The position numbers and the translations under genes are program-made. Positions 58,183 through 64,000 of a stretch of DNA of 64,000 nt are shown here, piece after piece; position 1 is the first letter of the stretch, and every line of letters begins with the position of its first letter. The notes under the pieces are model-generated. The model ran no database searches, was not told the origin of the DNA, and was given only the letters and a program-made list of their open reading frames with translations. The DNA is from Eledone cirrhosa (lineage: Eukaryota): NCBI GenBank assembly GCA_964016885.1, contig OZ024740.1, positions 5,022,001 to 5,086,000 of the forward strand. Direction: 5' to 3'.

Positions 58183-58572
58183 GGAGGCACATGGCTTAGT
58201 GGTTAGAGCATTGGCCTTGCAATCGAAAGGTTGTGAGTTCAATTCTCAGACTGGGTGATGTGTTGTTTCCTTGAGCAAGACACTTTATTTCACATTGCTC
58301 CAGTTTACTCAGCTGTAGAAATGAGATGATAGGGACTGGGGTCCATATCATTTCACTGCAAAGTGGACATGTAGGTGTCACGGCAAAAAAGTACCCAGCA
58401 CACACTGTAAAGTTGACGTGTAGGCGCCACAGAAAAAAGCACTCAGCACTCACTGTAAATGAGGTTGATGTTAGGAAGGGCATCCAGCTGTAGAAGTGAG
58501 CCAGAATCAGTTCCTGTCCCACCCTTGCAAGCAGGGAAAAGCGGACGTAAAATGATGATGATGATGATGATG
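58183..58572 (+). mobile_element. tRNA-derived SINE family B with CORE-like body and RTE-derived 3' part
   Basis: A box TGGCTTAGTGG, B box GAGTTCAATTC, CCTTGAGCAAGACACTT..CTCAGCTGTAGAAATG, tail identical to RTE 53113-53170. Confidence 0.85.
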
Positions 58573-58597
58573 ATATATATGTGTATATAAGGATTTT

Positions 58598-58629
<32 letters not shown>

Positions 58630-59009
58630 CATCATCATCATCATCATTATTACAGCCTCTCTTCCAAACAATATTGCAAACTGCTCAAAATAATAAATAA
58701 TATTAAAAATATAGTAAAAGAAAACTAATTCATTGTAATGTGTTAAAATCAGATGGAGGCGTTAATAGCTATTATATAATTAACGGTGACGAGACTTGCA
58801 ATATAAAAATGTTCCGTTGTGAAAATTATGATCAATAATTTGTAAAACTGATTATTAAAAACTAATTTATTTAGAGATTAATTTTAGAAAAAAATATTAT
58901 TTTGGAAATCTGATTCAACATGGAAATAATACTGCAAGAGAAAGCTGAGGATGTTTAGTTGGGTATTAAAGAGATTGGAATATATGAATAGGAAATATAT
59001 ATATATACA

Positions 59010-60392
59010 TATGTATGTATGTGTATATGTATGATTGTAAGCATATGTGTATGTTCTTCTGGGTTTATAATTTCACAAATGTTTACAAATAGAGAGAGAG
59101 TCGGTTTCTAACATAGACACAATACTCTCCCATTGGAATTTACACATTAACTAGGTAGCTATGTATGTCTGCATGCATGCATCTGTAGATATGGATGTTA
59201 TTGTATGTGTGGATGTGTATGTTTTGAGTTGTATGTGTGCATGTGTATATGCTTTGTATCTGTACATGTGTATATGCAGTTATTAGATGCAACATTTTTG
59301 GAATGTTTTACATATTTTTATTGTTCCATTAATGGATTGTACTTGTAATTTCCTAACTAGTTGTGTTCTTTCTGTTCCTGTGAAGCCCAGCTTCTCAAGA
59401 TTTGTATCGAGGCAGTTACTAACATACCCCAGTGCCCCAATAATCACAGGCATAAATCTGAAGGTGTAATCAGGGTGGAGTATCTGCAGATTTCTCATCA
59501 GTTGTGCATAAATATTCTCCTTTTCACTAATCTTTGATATTATATTGGCATCTGCTGGGCAGCTAACTTCCACTACTGTGCATGCCTTCTTTTTCCTGTC
59601 CCATATCATAATATCTGGTCTGTTATGCCTGCATTTTATTGGGGTTTTTACTGGAACATTCCACCAGTACTCTTTCATATTATGTATATGGATGTCTTCC
59701 ACATTGCTGTAGCTTTTAATGTTTTTATTATTGGGGCTATCTTTTCTACGGATTGCATTGTAGTGTTTTGGCCACTACATCATGCCTCATAGGTAGATAG
59801 TACCACGCTGACATCTTTGGACAGCTGCTGATGACATGGGTGATATCCTCGATGTTAGTTCTGCAGAGTCTGCATTTGTTATCACATCTAGGTGTTTTGC
59901 CTGCATCCCTATCTCTTTTGTGAATCAGGTATTTCGTGTTAATCTCCTGCTCTTGGATTGCAAAAGCGTAACCTTCAAAGTGGGAGTCAATATAGCGGTT
60001 ATTGGTCCAAGATAGACTACTTTCCTTATCTATATTACTCTCACTCTGGAGCTTCCTGGCAACATATCCATGCATGATTATTTGCTGATAAGCATGCAGT
60101 TTTTCATCCATGGATTCACTGCGATACTGTTGAGCGACATCACTGGGTGTGAGCTTTTGATTATCACACAGGGAATATCTCTCGAGGAGTTCCTTCCCAA
60201 CTCTCATGATCTTATCTGTTTCATGCAGATAGACTTGCTCGAGAAACGGGCTCCTACACTTTGAGGTTCGTAGATGTTGTCGGAGAGATATGATGCGAAA
60301 TTCAAAGTTGTCTGGACTGATGTTAGGCCTCTGCCTCCCTGCTTACGTTTCAAGTAAAGGCGGTCTATGTCACTGTTGATGTGGAAGTTTCC
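59010..60392 (-). mobile_element. R4/Dong-like non-LTR retrotransposon 3' fragment (restriction-like endonuclease)
   Basis: DRLYLKRKQGGRGL; CRLC..E.ITHVISSC (CCHC); RHD; NRPDIMIWD...VEVSCP; EK..Y; PVIIGALG. Confidence 0.8.
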
Positions 60393-60410
60393 TGTATGTA
60401 TGTATGTTTG

Positions 60411-60444
<34 letters not shown>

Positions 60445-60457
60445 TGTATGTTTGTAT

Positions 60458-61967
60458 GTCGTCACATGGTACCAAAGGCAAAGCACTATGTGTCGATAAT
60501 TGTCACAAGTGTAGTGTTTGTACCAGAGTTTTCAAGTCGCTGGCTGGACTAAAAAGTCACACTCGTTCAGCGCATCGGTAGGGGTTCTCCTACATGGATA
60601 TAAAGTAGTGGCCGTACTCGAAAACGAGTTGGCAACCACCATGTATGTATGTATGTAACTGGTAACATGTATCCCAGTACAACCTGTCTCATGGTCGGGT
60701 CGTTGGCGACTAAACTGACAACCCCACCAAGGTTTCTTGGTGAGGAGGGTGACTTTGGACATCCTGCAGGACTAAAAACAAAACCTGTCAAAGGGCAAAA
60801 AAGCTCTTAAGAGTCAATGGCCATCCAAAATCACCGGGAGAGATGACCCCTTAGCCTTTGTCAAGGCAGAATTCTAGGAGAAGGAAAACTCTGATATAAC
60901 ACCTGCAACTCTGATGGTATCCAATGATGTTGACTTGTTCTTCTTTTTGGTAAATATCATCTTGGTTAAGAGAGTGGGACTGGCTTTGTGCAGTGCCTTT
61001 GCTCACTATAAAAGCTTCACAGCACAGGCATTGCTTTATATCTGGAGATCTCTCTGCACTTGTCGTCACATGGTACCATGGGCCCAGCACTATGTGTCAG
61101 TAATTGTCACAAGTGTACTGTTTGTACCAGACTTTTCAAGTCGCTGGCTGGACTAAAAAGTCACACTCGTTCAGCGCATCGGTAGGAGTTCTCCTACATG
61201 AATATAAAGTAGTGGCCGTACTCGAAAACGAGTTGGCAGCCACCATGTATGTATGTATGTATGTATGTATGTATGTATGTATGTATGTATGTATGTATGT
61301 ATGTATGTATAACCTGTCTCATGGTCGGGTCGTTGGCGACAAAACTGGCAACCCCACCAAGGTTTCTTGGTGAGGAGGATGACTTTGGACATCCTGCAGG
61401 ACTAAAAACAAAGCCTGTCAAAGGTCAAAGGAGCTCGTAAGAGTCAATGGCCATCCAAAATCACCGGGAGAGATGACCCCTTAGCTTTTGTCAAGGCAGA
61501 ATTCTAGGAGAAGGAAAACTCTGATATAACACCTGCAACCCTGATGGTATCCAATGATGTTGACTTGTCCTTCTTTTTGGTAAATATCATCTCTGTTAAG
61601 AGAGTGGGACTGGCTTTGTGCAGTGCCTTTGCTCACTATAAAAGCTTCACGGCACAGGCATTGCTTTATATCTGGAGATCTCTCTGCACTTGTCGTCACA
61701 TGGTACCATGGGCCCAGCACTATGTGTCAATAATTGTCACAAGTGTATTGTTTGTACCAGAGTTTTCAAGTCTCTGGCTGGACTAAAAAGCCGCATTCGT
61801 TCAGCGCATCGGTAGGGATTCTCCTACATGGATACAAAGTAGTGGCCGTACTCGAAAACGAGTTGGCAGCCACCATGTTTGTATGTATGTATGTTTGTAT
61901 GTATGTATGTATGTTTGTATGTTTGTATGTATGTATGTATGTTTGTATGTTTGTATGTATGTATGTA
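60458..61967 (+). mobile_element. Tandem ~630-bp non-autonomous (bipartite) RTE-type units with (TATG)n tails, ~2.3 copies
   Basis: Each unit ends with CSVCTRVFKSLAGLKSHTRSAHR* (C2H2), hairpin ACTCGAAAACGAGT and (TATG)n; no RT; 630-bp period. Confidence 0.7.
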
Positions 61968-62593
61968 TGAATTCTTCAGAAAATAATACTTACACACTGC
62001 TTATGTATATTGAGTATTCATATTGTTAATATCTGACCATTTGTATGTGTGTATATAATATCCCTTCAATATATATCTCTGTATGTGTGTATGAGTGGTG
62101 TGTGTGTGTCTGTGTGTCCATAAAATACTACAAGAACATTCAAGAGAGATGAATAATTAATGTGAAATTTCCACATTTTCTCAACTGTTTTTGATAGTGA
62201 CTATTATTATAGTCACATACATTGGAAGGACTACAATTAAAATTACAAATTTTCTCAATATTTCTTTAGGCTACACATATTTTTTTCAAATAAGATACTG
62301 ATCTTCACATGTTTAAATGCTCAGCATATATAATTAAATATATAATCAGTGAACAATACTCTTAACAATGGAAAGAAGTAGTCAGTAGTTGTGTTGCTGC
62401 TAATGTGCTCAACTGGAGTTCAACAGATATGAAGTTCATGTCCCCAGAGCAGGTACTGCCACTTTATCCATCCATAAAGGTAGTTTACCTCATTTTAAAA
62501 ACTATTGTTATTTATAGTGACTGATTCTTCTTACACTTATTTTCTGCAGTTGGATTCCTACATTTCAAATCATCCAAGTGCCTCAATAAATTG

Positions 62594-62629
<36 letters not shown>

Positions 62630-62667
62630 TATACAAGGGTGTGTATCATTGTGTATAGAAGATTATA

Positions 62668-63031
62668 TTAATAAAAGGAATTCCAACTTTGTCTGACTTA
62701 CTCGTTTTATTTACAATCCTTTAAAATGTATAATGGCATTAGAATGAAATAGTATGTGAGAATATTAAATGTTAAGTGTTAATTGAACAAGTACTTTCAT
62801 GCTTTCGCAATCTTCGGGTTCATATTCTGTGGTGACAGTCAAGTTTGCAATTTTCAACTGTTGAAAACACAGAATATGAACCCGAAGATTGCGAAAGCAT
62901 AAAAGTACTTGTTCAATTAACACTTAACATTTAATATTCTAACATACTATTTCATTCTAATACCATTATACATTTTAAAGGATTGTAAATAAAACGAGTA
63001 AATCAGACAAAGTTGGAATTCCTTTTATTAA
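62668..63031. repeat. Foldback inverted repeat (~164-bp arms, ~36-nt spacer)
   Basis: TTAATAAAAGGAATTCCAAC...TTCTGTG / CACAGAA...GTTGGAATTCCTTTTATTAA. Confidence 0.9.
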
Positions 63032-63032
63032 A

Positions 63033-64000
63033 AACTATAGAGGTATAAAGTTGATGGACCAGGTCATGAAAGTAACAGAAAGAGTTATAGCACAGCTGAT
63101 TAGGGACCGGGTGAAAATAGACGAGATGCAATTTGGGTTTGTACCAGGAAGAGGCACCACTGATGCCCTCTTCCTTGTGAGGCAATTACAGGAAAAGTAC
63201 CTAGCTAAAAGTAAGCCACTCTACTTGGCATTTGTCGACCTTGAGAAAGCCTTTGACAGAGTTCCACGTGCAGTAATCTGGTGGGCTCTTAGAAAACTAG
63301 GAGTAGATGAATGGCTTGTGAAAGCGGTACAAGCCATGTATAGGGGAGCAGTCAGCAAAGTTAGGATTAGCAATGAGTATAGCGAGGAATTTAGCGTACA
63401 GGTTGGGGTCCACCAGGGCTCTGTTCTTAGCCCTCTCCTGTTCATCATAGTCCTGCAGGCAATAACGGAGGAGTTTAAGACCGGATGCTCATGGGAACTC
63501 CTGTATGCTGATGACTTCGCACTCATAGCTGAATCTATGGTAGAACTAGAGAATAAATTCCAAACCTGCAAGCAGGGACTAGAAAGAAAGGGTCTCAAAG
63601 TCAACATGACAAAGACTAAGGTCCTTGTAAGTAGACGAGAAAACAGAACCCAGATCCCCTCAGGGAAATGGCCTTGCTCAGTATGTAGGAAAGGTGTAGG
63701 TAGGAACTCCATTCTATGCCCCAAATGCAAACAATGGGTACACAAGAGATGTAGCGGGATCTCAGGAAGCTTAATTAAGAATGTAGGATTCACATGCAGC
63801 AGCTGTGCTGAAACAGCAAGCAGCAAACAGCCACAGGAAACAAGTACCACCAATCTCTGGGAGGGCCCTGTAGAAACAGTAGACAGCTTCTGCTACCTAG
63901 GTGACCGAATTAGCAACGGAGGTGGGTGTTCAGAAAGTACAATAACTAGGGTAAGAACGGGATGGAAGAAGTTTAGGGAACTACTACCACTGCTAGCTGC
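63033..64000 (+). pseudogene. RTE LINE RT fragment with PHD finger, runs off the window
   Basis: NYRGIKLMDQVMKV, DLEKAFDRVP, GVHQGSVLSP, YADD, CSVC..CPKC..WVHKRC..CSSC, DSFCYLG. Confidence 0.9.

Noticed and set aside
58183-58260. tRNA genes at SINE heads
   Set aside because: A and B boxes present but no cloverleaf or acceptor stem; they continue into SINE bodies
60670-60725. HDV-like ribozyme at the 5' end of the bipartite RTE unit
   Set aside because: P4/J4-2-like part is visible but no P1 helix could be built by eye
63221-63853. 210-aa minus-strand ORF and similar antisense ORFs over LINEs
   Set aside because: Shadow frames of RT coding sequence

Overview
AT-rich, repeat-saturated eukaryotic (metazoan) DNA. 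The SINE/LINE content resembles a coleoid cephalopod such as Octopus (inference). No host gene can be supported, and most ORFs in the track are artefacts of micro/minisatellites. The window holds: (i) five minisatellites, three traceable to in-place amplification of retroelement pieces (a tRNA-SINE head, a CR1 ORF2 end, an RTE-related SINE body); (ii) a nest of Penelope-like elements (PLEs, RT + GIY-YIG) in (TA)n tracts, one nearly intact, most with 5' inversions or foldback palindromes; (iii) at least 11 minimal type I hammerhead ribozyme (HHR) motifs with intact cores plus degenerate ones, including an ORF-less 538-bp tandem unit that looks like a non-LTR retrozyme and a sister HHR showing stem covariation; (iv) RTE LINEs with a PHD finger inside the RT region, a partner SINE and a tandem bipartite RTE derivative; (v) CR1 and R4/Dong-like fragments, a non-autonomous Helitron and two Merlin-type MITEs. 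All folds, alignments and counts were done by eye, so boundaries are approximate.
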